Source: a virus (taxonomy: Duplodnaviria > Caudoviricetes). From it: a stretch of DNA of 42,188 bases. Below, in pieces: positions 15,855-25,300 of the stretch (positions are counted from its first letter, which is position 1; each line of letters opens with the position of its first letter). Made by a program: the position numbers and the translations under genes. The stretch covers positions 1-42,188 of IMG/VR virus record IMGVR_UViG_3300012943_000016; one strand, given 5' to 3'. Below the pieces are notes generated by a model, which saw only the letters and a program-made list of their open reading frames with translations, was not told where the DNA came from and ran no database searches.

Positions 15855-15988
15855 CGCTCCACGCTCCGGCGCGACCTCTCGCGAGTGCTCCGCCGCCACC
15901 GCGTCGGCCGGGTTTTGAAAATGCCGGATGTGCAACATCCCGTCGTCTCCGCGAACAAGCGCGGCCCGTGGTAGTGAAGTTTCCATGA

Positions 15989-16153
15989 CTAAAAAATCCC
16001 CCGGCCCGCGCGCTTGGCCTGCGCCGCGAGAGCGAACCGCTTCATGCGCCGATGCCCGCGCACCTCGTCCACGACCACCGAGACGACCGCCATGCATAGG
16101 CCTGCGCCACCGCCCATGATCATCGCCCGCGCCAGTTCCGCCGCGTAGCTCAT
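15989..16153 (-). CDS. Small membrane peptide (54 aa)
   Basis: MSYAAELARAMIMGGGAGLCMAVVSVVVDEVR..., ATGA overlap with the upstream ORF; translated by hand. Confidence 0.45.
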   Translation of the reverse strand: MSYAAELARAMIMGGGAGLCMAVVSVVVDEVRGHRRMKRFALAAQAKRAGRGIF

Positions 16154-16353
16154 TGCGCCCCCTCCGGCTTCGCCTGCGCGAAGTTCACTGCAAGCACCTC
16201 GCCCGTTTGGGCTGACGCCGCCTCAAGCTCGGTCCACCGTTCCTCGGCAAAGTCGATTGACCGCTCGAAATGCGCCAGCTGTTGGGCTTGGCTGGCTGGC
16301 CACATTTTCCGCAAGACCCGTATCGTGCGGCGAAGCTCATTTGCTGCGTTCAT
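16150..16353 (-). CDS. First gene of the early lytic operon (cro position), function unknown
   Basis: 67 aa, divergent from the repressor; no clear HTH. Confidence 0.55.
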   Translation of the reverse strand: MNAANELRRTIRVLRKMWPASQAQQLAHFERSIDFAEERWTELEAASAQTGEVLAVNFAQAKPEGAQ

Positions 16354-16420
16354 ATCATCAGTGATGACTTCAAATCATCACGCAGCAAGTTTAATTTTGC
16401 ATTTTTATCATCACTGCTGT
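16354..16420. promoter_or_regulatory. Lysis-lysogeny switch with three operator-like repeats
   Basis: AT-rich gap with the palindrome TCATCA-G-TGATGA (16355-16367) and ATCATCA at 16374-16380 and 16407-16413. Confidence 0.7.
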
Positions 16421-16433
16421 TTTCTCTCCGGCC

Positions 16434-17000
16434 ATGCCTCGTACACTCTTCGGACAGACCCTCGGCGCGCTGATTGCCCAACATCACGGTTCGGGTCGTG
16501 AATTCGCCCGCCTGTGCGATGTTGATAGCGCCACGATCAGCCGTCTCATCGCTGGCGAGACGCGATGCTCCCTCGAAAATCTCCGCGTCTTCTGCGAGAA
16601 AATCAGCCCGCAGGCGCTCCAGCGTTACGAGCTGCTCCTCGCCCACCTCCACGACGAAGCAGAGGCGTCCGGCCTTGACGTATCCAGATTACTATTACGC
16701 CACGTTGAGGGCGTTAATCTCTCCGAACTGGAGCTTTCCCCCGAGATGAATGGCCAGCTTGGCGTCATCGCGCGCGCCGCTGGTGATATTCCCGAAGTCG
16801 CCGAAAGCGTAGAAGCCCTCTCCGGGCTCATTTGCCGTTATCGCGCCATGCAGGCCGATCAAACCCGATACCCACTCACCGAAGTTCCCGCGCTACAAGT
16901 GGCCGAGGCCGCTACGGATAAGAGCGTGAAGACGATGATCGCCGCACGAGAAAAGAAGGTAAAACCTCCTCGTCCCAAGTCTGCCAAAAACGCTTCCTGA
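16434..17000 (+). CDS. XRE-family HTH repressor (CI-like)
   Basis: FGQTLGALI...SGREFARLCDVDSATISRLIAGETRCSLENL, divergent orientation; no S24 peptidase domain visible. Confidence 0.8.
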   Translation: MPRTLFGQTLGALIAQHHGSGREFARLCDVDSATISRLIAGETRCSLENLRVFCEKISPQALQRYELLLAHLHDEAEASGLDVSRLLLRHVEGVNLSELELSPEMNGQLGVIARAAGDIPEVAESVEALSGLICRYRAMQADQTRYPLTEVPALQVAEAATDKSVKTMIAAREKKVKPPRPKSAKNAS

Positions 17001-17181
17001 CCTCCTCCGGCATCGCCTCATCAGCGGTCCGCAACGCGCGGGTGTGATCGTCGCGCTGACCCGGTTTGCGGCGCAGTTCCCACAACTCTTTGAATCGCGC
17101 AAACGCGTGATCATCGATCGCCTCCAGAGCCAGCTCCAACGCCAACGGCCGTAAATAAAGCGGGATATTTCTTATTCTCAT
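16912..17181 (-). CDS. Hypothetical protein
   Basis: 89 aa, convergent with and overlapping the repressor 3' end. Confidence 0.4.
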   Translation of the reverse strand: MRIRNIPLYLRPLALELALEAIDDHAFARFKELWELRRKPGQRDDHTRALRTADEAMPEEVRKRFWQTWDEEVLPSFLVRRSSSSRSYP

Positions 17182-17317
17182 AGTCTAAGGGTTAACGTTT
17201 CACATCGGAGCCGATGAGGCCTCGCGTCACCGTTTGCGTTACAAAAGGTGCGCTAAGTGGGCATTGCCGCAAATCCGCCCTAGAAGCGGGAGACACTCCG
17301 GCCGATGTTACCCACGC

Positions 17318-17527
17318 ATGCCCAAGAAGAAGGCTGATAAGAAGACCCAGCGCGCGACCGGCTTTACCGTCCGATGGAGCGAATCCGAACGCCGCGATAT
17401 CCAGACCGCGGCCAATGGCTGTGTCTTGCGGCCCACGGATATTATCCGCATCGGCACCATGCGCCTCTGCGCTGAATACCGGGAAAAAGGGGAAATTACG
17501 CTTAAGGCCACGCCAGCTGAATCCTAG
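17318..17527 (+). CDS. Ribbon-helix-helix DNA-binding protein
   Basis: TGFTVRWSESERRDIQTAANGCVLRPTDIIR follows a beta-helix-helix pattern. Confidence 0.7.
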   Translation: MPKKKADKKTQRATGFTVRWSESERRDIQTAANGCVLRPTDIIRIGTMRLCAEYREKGEITLKATPAES

Positions 17528-17793
17528 CGGCTAGCGAAAAGGCGGGCGACCGTCATCAGGACAACGGCACCGAGCGCTATAACGAGAAGCGCACTGCGCG
17601 AAGTCTTTCTTCGCACAACCCAAACCATCACCACCGGCACCATTGCCATGGCTACCTGGCTTACGGTCGCCCCCAGCAGCTGAAGCCAAAATATTTCAGA
17701 AAACAGGCGCGGCCGCCCCCAATATGCGAAATTTACCGTCATTCCGACTGCGGAAACGCCAATCAGGATCGTCCAAAACCTAAGTTTAGTCAT
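17524..17793 (-). CDS. Small multi-pass membrane protein (moron-like)
   Basis: Three hydrophobic segments; translationally coupled downstream of the integrase. Confidence 0.65.
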   Translation of the reverse strand: MTKLRFWTILIGVSAVGMTVNFAYWGRPRLFSEIFWLQLLGATVSQVAMAMVPVVMVWVVRRKTSRSALLVIALGAVVLMTVARLFASR

Positions 17794-17990
17794 GGCCCTT
17801 TTACTCGTTCGAGGCTCGTCCCTCGAATCTGCCACGTCTCGCCGGTCCGCTTGTTCATTTTTATTGGGTAACCTCTGGTGGTAATAATTACGAACTCGTC
17901 CCGCGAATACACGCCTGCAAAAAAACCGCCGGTCACTCCAAAGACCAGTGCAGCGACAATTGAGTAAATCAGCAACCTGCGTTCCTTCAT
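17790..17990 (-). CDS. Small single-pass membrane protein
   Basis: LLIYSIVAALVFGVTGGFFAG followed by IKMNKRTGETWQI. Confidence 0.65.
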   Translation of the reverse strand: MKERRLLIYSIVAALVFGVTGGFFAGVYSRDEFVIITTRGYPIKMNKRTGETWQIRGTSLERVKGP

Positions 17991-18006
17991 AAGCTGGAGA
18001 AATCAG

Positions 18007-19128
18007 CTAAGACCGGATCACCCCCGGCCTCAATCCCCAAAACACCTTCGCCGCCTTCTCGTCCACGAGCCGGTGATAATGGCGGAAGATGATGTCCGGG
18101 CTGTTGCCCGCCTCGCGCGCCACCGCGCCCTCGTCCGGCTTTATGGCGAGGCGCATCGAGATGAAGGTGTGCCGCGGAGTATCCTGCCCCCAGGTCACGC
18201 CCGCCGCCTTGGCGATGCGCACGCGCCAGTACCGGTGCACATCGTATAGAGCGGCCGGATACGCCTTCAACCACGCGATCGCATTTGGGGAGAGCGGCAC
18301 GGTGCGGTTGGCCCGTCCCCGCGTCTTGCCGCCCTCCACGCGCACACACGGTTCACCCGCCAGCTCCACGCGGCAATGTGCGAGTTCGCTCGGCCTCACT
18401 CCCGCGAAAAGCAGCAGCACCAGGCCAGCCACCGCCTCCGGCGCCCGGCGTGCGGTTTCGTCGAGGATCGCGCGCGCTTCCCCTGCCCACCAAATCGCCG
18501 GCCGCGCCCGTTCCACATGCGGCCTCCGCAGGCGACTCACCGGGTTTTCCCGCAGCCACCCCTTCGATTCGAGCCACCCGCAAAAACTCGACGCGGCGTT
18601 CAGGTCGTTGCGTCGTGTCGCGGCGGATACGCCCTTGCGCATCAGCAGCAATTCCGCCGCCTCCCGATTGATCTCCGCCACATCGGTCACCGCCGCCATT
18701 TCCAGCCACGCCCCCACGCGCAAGCGCAAATTCTGTATCGCCCGCATAGCCCGGTTTTCAGCCTGCTTCACCTTGAGGAATTCCGCGAGCGCCGCGCGCG
18801 CATCGCGTGCCGCAACCGTGCTCGTCCCGAGCTGCTGCACATAGAAACGAGCGATATCCACCATCGAGTCCCGCAGATTGGCCACAGACAGGACTTCGCG
18901 GGCGGCAAAATAGTCAGCCCGCGCGCGATGATCGAATTCCACGCCCGATGTGCCCGAAACCACCAGCTGCCGGTTGATCTCGTTGAGGTGCTTTTCTGCC
19001 TCGTCCCTTTCCACAAAGTGGCGGCGCACCCGGCGTGCGCGCCCGCGTCGATCCTTCTTTGACGGGTCGGAGTAAACGACCTGCCACATCGGTTTCGGTT
19101 TGGTCACGGAGTAGAGTTTTGCGAGCAC
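18007..19128 (-). CDS. int: Phage tyrosine integrase
   Basis: Arm-binding N-terminus, SAM-like domain, and catalytic GVRPSEL, GKTR, PRHTF, AGNS and RHY motifs; adjacent to attP. Confidence 0.92.
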   Translation of the reverse strand: MLAKLYSVTKPKPMWQVVYSDPSKKDRRGRARRVRRHFVERDEAEKHLNEINRQLVVSGTSGVEFDHRARADYFAAREVLSVANLRDSMVDIARFYVQQLGTSTVAARDARAALAEFLKVKQAENRAMRAIQNLRLRVGAWLEMAAVTDVAEINREAAELLLMRKGVSAATRRNDLNAASSFCGWLESKGWLRENPVSRLRRPHVERARPAIWWAGEARAILDETARRAPEAVAGLVLLLFAGVRPSELAHCRVELAGEPCVRVEGGKTRGRANRTVPLSPNAIAWLKAYPAALYDVHRYWRVRIAKAAGVTWGQDTPRHTFISMRLAIKPDEGAVAREAGNSPDIIFRHYHRLVDEKAAKVFWGLRPGVIRS

Positions 19129-19145
19129 GCCCAGAGCCCCCCGGT

Positions 19146-19367
19146 TTTGACCTCCACAGGCAAGGGTTTTGGGTCAAATGTGGGTCAAATTTCACGCCGT
19201 CTCCTCTGGAAACCACAGGTCTCCGAAGCCGTAGATGTGGGTTCGATTCCCGCCGCTCGCACCAGAAAAAACAGGTGGTTTTCAGAGGTAAATCCGGGAA
19301 ATTCACGGAATTGATCAAATGGGCGACTTGGGATGGATGAGAGGCCCGCGCGGTCAAATATTTGACC
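19146..19367. other. attP region with arm-type repeats
   Basis: TGGGTCAAAT tandem (19170-19179 and 19181-19190), TTTGACC (19146-19152), GATCAAAT (19313-19320) and the palindrome GGTCAAATATTTGACC (19352-19367) flank the tRNA core. Confidence 0.8.
19218..19264 (+). tRNA. 3' half of tRNA-Arg(CCG): attP core, not a complete tRNA
   Basis: ggt-CTCCGAA-gccgt-agat-GTGGG-TTCGATT-CCCGC-cgctcgc-A-CCA. The D-arm and 5' acceptor strand are absent. Confidence 0.85.
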
Positions 19368-19376
19368 TGTTGTCGT

Positions 19377-22300
19377 TCACCTCCGCGCCGGCCTCAAACT
19401 ATCCCTTTCAGCCCGTTCCGCGCGCTCACGCATCTCCTCTTCGGAGCGCTTTTCCCAAGCGTCGAAAAGTCCCTGCACGTGCTGATAGCGCGGCCGGGCT
19501 TGGAAGTTCTTCAGCGCCGCCGCTCCGCCGCGTTCGCTCGGGAAGATCGTCCGTTCGCGTCCGCGCATGCCGTTCATGCGGTCGTAGTAGATGAATGCCC
19601 GCTTGAGTTGCTCGCGGTCAAACGGGCTCAGCTCCTCCACGAACTCCTTCCTGAGTCCGTCCTTCTTTTTGAGCGTCGCGAGCGGATCCTGCGCGCGCAC
19701 GCTCGCCGCGAATCGTTCCGCCGTGTAGCCGTAGTCCAGCGCGCGCTGATAAAACCGCATCGCCGCCGGCACATCGCCCTGATAGATCGCCTTGCGGAAA
19801 TTCCTCAGCACCTGCTGATCCGGCGCATCGTAACTCGTGTCCCGTTTCGAGCCCGTTTTTTCCTCCATAAAGTCCGCCGCCTTGTCGCGAATTTCATAAT
19901 ACGACCATGCCTCCGGGTCGCGCTGGCGCACCTGCAGGATGAGCTGCTTTGACCAGTCGCCAAAATCCTTCGGCGCGTAGTAGTCTTTATTAACCGCGCG
20001 TTCGATCAGATCGGCGGTGAAATCGTCCGTCACCATGCTCAGGATCGAGCGGCGCATATCGTATTCGGGGATCGTGCGCGGGTCCGTCACATCGGGAAAC
20101 ATCCGCTTCTTCGTCGCCAGTGCCGCCGGCACTTGGGCGAGCGGTCCCGCCTGCCCGACGACGTTGTTGATCAAGTCAGGCGCGAGCTGCTTCCGCCACG
20201 AATCAAACGCCGTGGCAAAGTCCGTCTGCCCCTTCATCCATGCGACCGTTCCGCGCATCGCTTCCGGCCCGCTGAACCACTTGAGCACGTCCATGAAGGC
20301 CGTCGGCGCGTACGCGACCTGCACCTTGCCGTCATCGTCGCGTCCGAGGATGATGTGGAACCGCCGCTTGTCCGCTTCGCTCAGTTCGTCTTCCAGTTTG
20401 TCGCGATCTCCCGAATTATTCCAAAGCGCGACGGCGATATATGGCAGCGAAAGCCGCAGCGCGAAGCCCGCCGCCGCCCGCGCCGTAAACGTCGTCGCCG
20501 CTTTCGCACCTTTCGCCACTGCCGCGCCCTTCGTCGTCTCGCCCTGCTTCACCATGTCGCGCAGATTGCGGAATAAGTTGGCGTGGTATTTGAAATTCAC
20601 CTCCAGCCACGAGTAAAACGGGATGAATTTTTCGCGCAGCGTCTGCCCCGTCACCGATGTGTCCGAGTAGTCGCCAAACGTCGCCTTGCTGATCGCTCCC
20701 GCCTTGCGCACGTCCGCATCGTTCGCGCCTTTTGCGCTCTCCGTCATCGCGTCGATTTCCTTCCAGTATGCGCCCGCATACACCGGCCGCGCGCCGTTCC
20801 TCAGCCGTGAGAGGTCCGCTTTGAATTTCGAGTAGCGTGTGATCGCTTCGCGGAGCGCACTGGCCTCCACGCTGGAAAGGTCACCCAAGCCCAGCGGCGC
20901 GAGGATCGGCTGCAACAGCACACTGGAAGCGCGTTTGCGCACCTGCCGCCAGGCCGCTTCCGCCTTCGTCTGGAATTCCTTGAAGTTCGGCAATCCCGCG
21001 ATCGCGTGCATCTCCTGCGCGGTGATCGCGTTCAGCACGCCTTCCTTGAGCGCCGCCCGCAGGTCGTCGCCGGCGTTCCCGCCGCGCCAGAATTCGCGCA
21101 GCTCCTTCGCCGCCGGTGCGAGATATTTGAATACCTCTGGATCGGCCGAAAAAATCTTTTCGAGGTCGGCCGTGATATTGCCGAATTCGTAGCGGATATG
21201 GTTTTGCGGCATGAACAGTTTCCACCGTTTCCACGCCCCGATCGCGAATTTCATCGCCGCATCCCACGCCTTGTCCGAGTGCGTTTCGCGCTGCGCGATT
21301 CCCCTCAGCGCCTCGGCCACGCGCGCAGGCACGATCCACGTTTCGCGCGCTCCCATTTCCATCGCTTCCTTCAAGTCCTCGGGCAGCAACCGCACACCCT
21401 TCAAGCCCAGCTGCTCAAACTGCGATTGCAGGTCCGCGCTCGTCAGTGCCACCCCCAGCCGCCGCGCGAGCTTGTCGCGGTCGATGCTGACCGTGGGGAA
21501 CGCGTCGCGGCTGTCCGTCCCATAGAGCACGTATCCTTTCGGCGCATACTCTTCATGAAATGCCTGCTCCCAGCTCACCGGCGCGCCGCGTTCGCGCGCG
21601 AGTTTTTTCGCGCGCGCCTCGACTTCCTTTTTCACGTCATAGTGCCGGAAATAATCCTGCACGATGTCCGCCTTTTCATTGTGCGCGCCCACCTGCACGA
21701 GATGGTAGTACATCGCGCGCACGTAGTCCGTTTCGATGGCCTTGCTGCTGCCCACCGGGTCGATCAGGTAGCCCCGGAAATCCGCTTCGGTACCCGGCCG
21801 CACACGCTCCGGTGCCAGTTCGCGCTGCTCCGTTTTTCCGCCACGTGTCGTTTCCAGCGTGATATGCGGGAAATAGTAGGGATTTTCCAGATGGTCCGCC
21901 GCCATCAGGTCACGTTTTTTCAAGTCCTCGCTCACGCGTTTCACCAGCGCCATATGCTGCTCGAGTGCGTGCGCGATCAGGTCGCGGTGAGCGCTTGTTT
22001 CCATCGCCACGGAGAGCCGCTTCAGTTCCGCCGCGATCTCCGCCTGGTTGATGTCTGACGGCAGCCGGATCGGATTCCCTTCGGAGTCCTTCAAATTCTG
22101 CTGGCGCCAGTTGAGATCGAGCATGACGACCAACTGCTGGAAAAGCACATATGGGCTGCTTTCGACCTGCGCGCTCAGCGATTCGATGGTTGCCAGTTGC
22201 GATTTCGAGAGGTCTCGCCCGTCAGCCTTCGCGCGCCGCCGCTGCTCCTGCAGGTTCGTCAGCCGCTTGTATGCCGCCGCGTCAAATTCCCCCGCGCGGA

Positions 22301-25300
22301 TCAACGGCTTTGTGATACGTGCCACATCCTCCTCGGACCGTTTTTGCACGTAGTCGTTGATGTTTTTGAGCTGCCGATAGCCCTCCTTCACGCGGTTGTA
22401 GAACGCCGCGCCATGCTGGCGGATGAACCCATCGGCTGCGTTCCACTTCGCTGCCGCGAACGTCGGCAGTTCCGGCACCGCACCGCGAAATCCCGCGAGC
22501 ACGTTCCGCACCTTGTCCCAAGTTTTGAATACAGCGGACGGCGTTGCGCTGCTGTGCCCATACACCTCGGCCGCCTTGCCCGGCCGCACCGGCAGCGGCT
22601 CGTCTTTCGGCAGAAACGGGGAGTCCTCATTGTCATCTGGCTGCGCCGCTTCGGCTGTTTCCGGTGGCTGCTCAGGCGGCGCAGGAGGCTTTCCCGGCCG
22701 GGACTCGTTTTCCACAACGTCGCTTGTTTGTTTATTCGCTTCCCAGCCGGGAAATTCCTTGTCGAGCGTCGCCCGCGTTTGCGCGGCCCGCTTCTCCTGC
22801 CACTGCGCGTCGATGTCGCCCTGCAGCGAATCCTTCGCGCGCATCTTCTCCGCTTGCTCGGTGGCGTGCGCGAGCAGTTCCATCAGCGCCACCTTGCGAT
22901 TCACCGGCGGGAGCGCTTCCACTTTCGGCGCCTTCGCGATCACTTCGGCCGCGTCGAGCTCCTCCGGTTTTGGCAGCCACTCCGGGTCCTCCACACGCTG
23001 CTCTGCCGTTTTCTCTGTCGGTGCTGGTTTCTCCAGCGCGCTGGCCGGCTTCACCTTCGCCGCCACCTCCTCGTCGCTCATGGGTGCGGTGGCGCGCGGC
23101 TCGTTTTTCAGCGCGGCGATTTTTTCCGTCAACGCCCTGCCGCGCGCCTCGATCTCGACGGCGTCCTCCTGTGAATTCCCCTCGCGGAGCGCCTTCAATT
23201 CCGCCTCCGCCGCCCCGATTTCCGCGTCGACGTCGCGGAGCGGCAGAGCATCGCCGTCCGGAGCCATTGTCTTTTTCTTTCGAGCAAACTCCACACTCGC
23301 GGCTCCGCCGCCGCGCGAGGGGTTAGGGTTTCTCCAAGGATCGTTTAAAGTAGGACGGCGCCATGTGGCCAACACCTTGGGCCCACGAATAAGCACCTCT
23401 CCCGATAGTTCACCAGAGTGCTTCTCACCTTGATCGCCGCCGATAAGTGCAAGAGTGAAACCGGCTGACGAATATTTCGCATAACGCTCCATGTCGCGCC
23501 AATCCCTAAAAGCTGACGTTCCATCGAGTTCTTCAGAGGTTGGATTCGATTCACCATCTACATCTTCCCAAACAAACGAGTTGGGAAGTACGTCGCCGAC
23601 ATTCACCTCCCCATCAATTAACCTCCAGCCGACCGCCTCATAGTCTTCCGACTCTAGGAATTTCCGCTTCACCGCTTCTGAAGGACCGCTCTGCGGGGAG
23701 CCACTGGACTGTTGAGCGGCCCCGTCACCGGATGCCATGCCGGGTTTCTGGCCACCGTCTTTCCCGCCGTCAATATTTCGCGCGAACTCCACCTGCCGCG
23801 CATACGCGGTGCTCGCCTCGCTCGCCACCCTGGCGTCCGCGCCGCCCAACCAAAACCGGCGGAAGGCGTTTTCAAAAAGCTCGCTGTCCGTGTCGAATCC
23901 TCGCGAGCGCGCGAGTGATTCCCACACCTTGCGCACGAGTTCGCGGAGTTCATACGCCAGGCGGCGGATGAGTGAGTGCCCCGCCTTCTCCGCATCCGCG
24001 ATCCGGCCGTTTGCCCACGCCTCATTCAGCCGCGCGATTCGTTCCGCAAACCATTCCTTCACGCCCCACTCCGATTTGTCGTCGATGCCGTCGAGTTCGC
24101 TGCGCACGTTGCCCGCGTCGTCGTACAGTGGTCCCGTTTTGCCGAGCAGCTCGCGCTGGCGCAGTTCGCGGAGCAGCGCCTTCGTGTCATTGCTGAGACT
24201 GTCCCAATACACGTGCGCCACCTCGTGCGAGGTCAGCGCCGCCACCTTCTCGCGCGATTCGAAGGCCTCGGCAGCGAGCGCGATCAGTCCGCGCCGACCC
24301 TCGCTCCGCGTCACCGCCGCGCGCACGTTCTCCGGTACCGGCCCCAGCCGCTTGCCGTCCTGCGCCGCATATTTCTTCAAGAGATCCTCCACCAATCCCG
24401 CCTCGATGTCGTATTCACTCATCAACTCCGGGCTGCTCCGGCGCAACGCCGCGAGCGTGCGCTCCTGCGCCGCTTTATCGATCGCCTTGCTCGGCGCGCG
24501 TGTAGACTGCGCGAAATCACTCGCGGCTCCACCGCCGCGCGAGGGATTAGGGTTGACGCGGTCGGACGGCTGTGCTTCCTCAGGGTTCGACGGACGGATG
24601 GCAACATCCCTCAGCTCTGCTGATTTGGAGTCCGTCGCCTGTCTTGATTCCGCAATGCCGCCGGTAGCAGCGCTCTCACCGGCGGCATTGTCATTTTCAA
24701 GTTTCCGTAAGGCCAGTTTGTTCGCTTCGATACGCGCGCGCGCTCTCTCTTTCGAAGTAGCTCTTACACCTGGATCAACAAGGAGCTTTTCGTCGCTCGC
24801 GATTGTCGCGATAAGCTTATGCCTGTCTCGTGCGAGAATCTGCTCGCGCGTTGGCGGCGTGGATGGAGGCGCGGTCACCGGCTTCGGTTTAGGATTTGGG
24901 TTCTGGTCCCACCAAATATCGGAAACGCGCTGCTCAAAGGCGTCGATCAATTCTGGCTCCAGCGCTTTCCAGTCTTTTTTCAGATCCCTCCATCCCGACC
25001 GGCGAATATCGATATCGTAAATCCTTGGGGCGTTTGATGAAACCTGATCGTGGTTAGATATGCGGATGCGATCCAAAAACGACGCACCATTGTCTAACGT
25101 CACTCGCACCACAGGATAGTATGATTTGGACACGCGAGACCAATCATCAATGCCGCCGCCCGGTACTACTGAAACAATCAACGGTGGTTCGGTCTCGCCG
25201 CGATAAACACGACTTCTCGGGTCATCGACGCCCTGAAATCTGCGCGTTTCTTCAGGCAGGCTTAAGGCATCCACTTTATCAGGAACGCTCTGCGGGGGGG

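Noticed and set aside
18007-19128. Integrase as IntI of a complete integron
   Set aside because: It lies about 9 kb from the array, next to a tRNA-type attP, and lacks a visible IntI-specific insertion.
19190-19264. Complete phage tRNA gene
   Set aside because: No D-arm or 5' acceptor strand; the anticodon stem pairs only in its last three positions.
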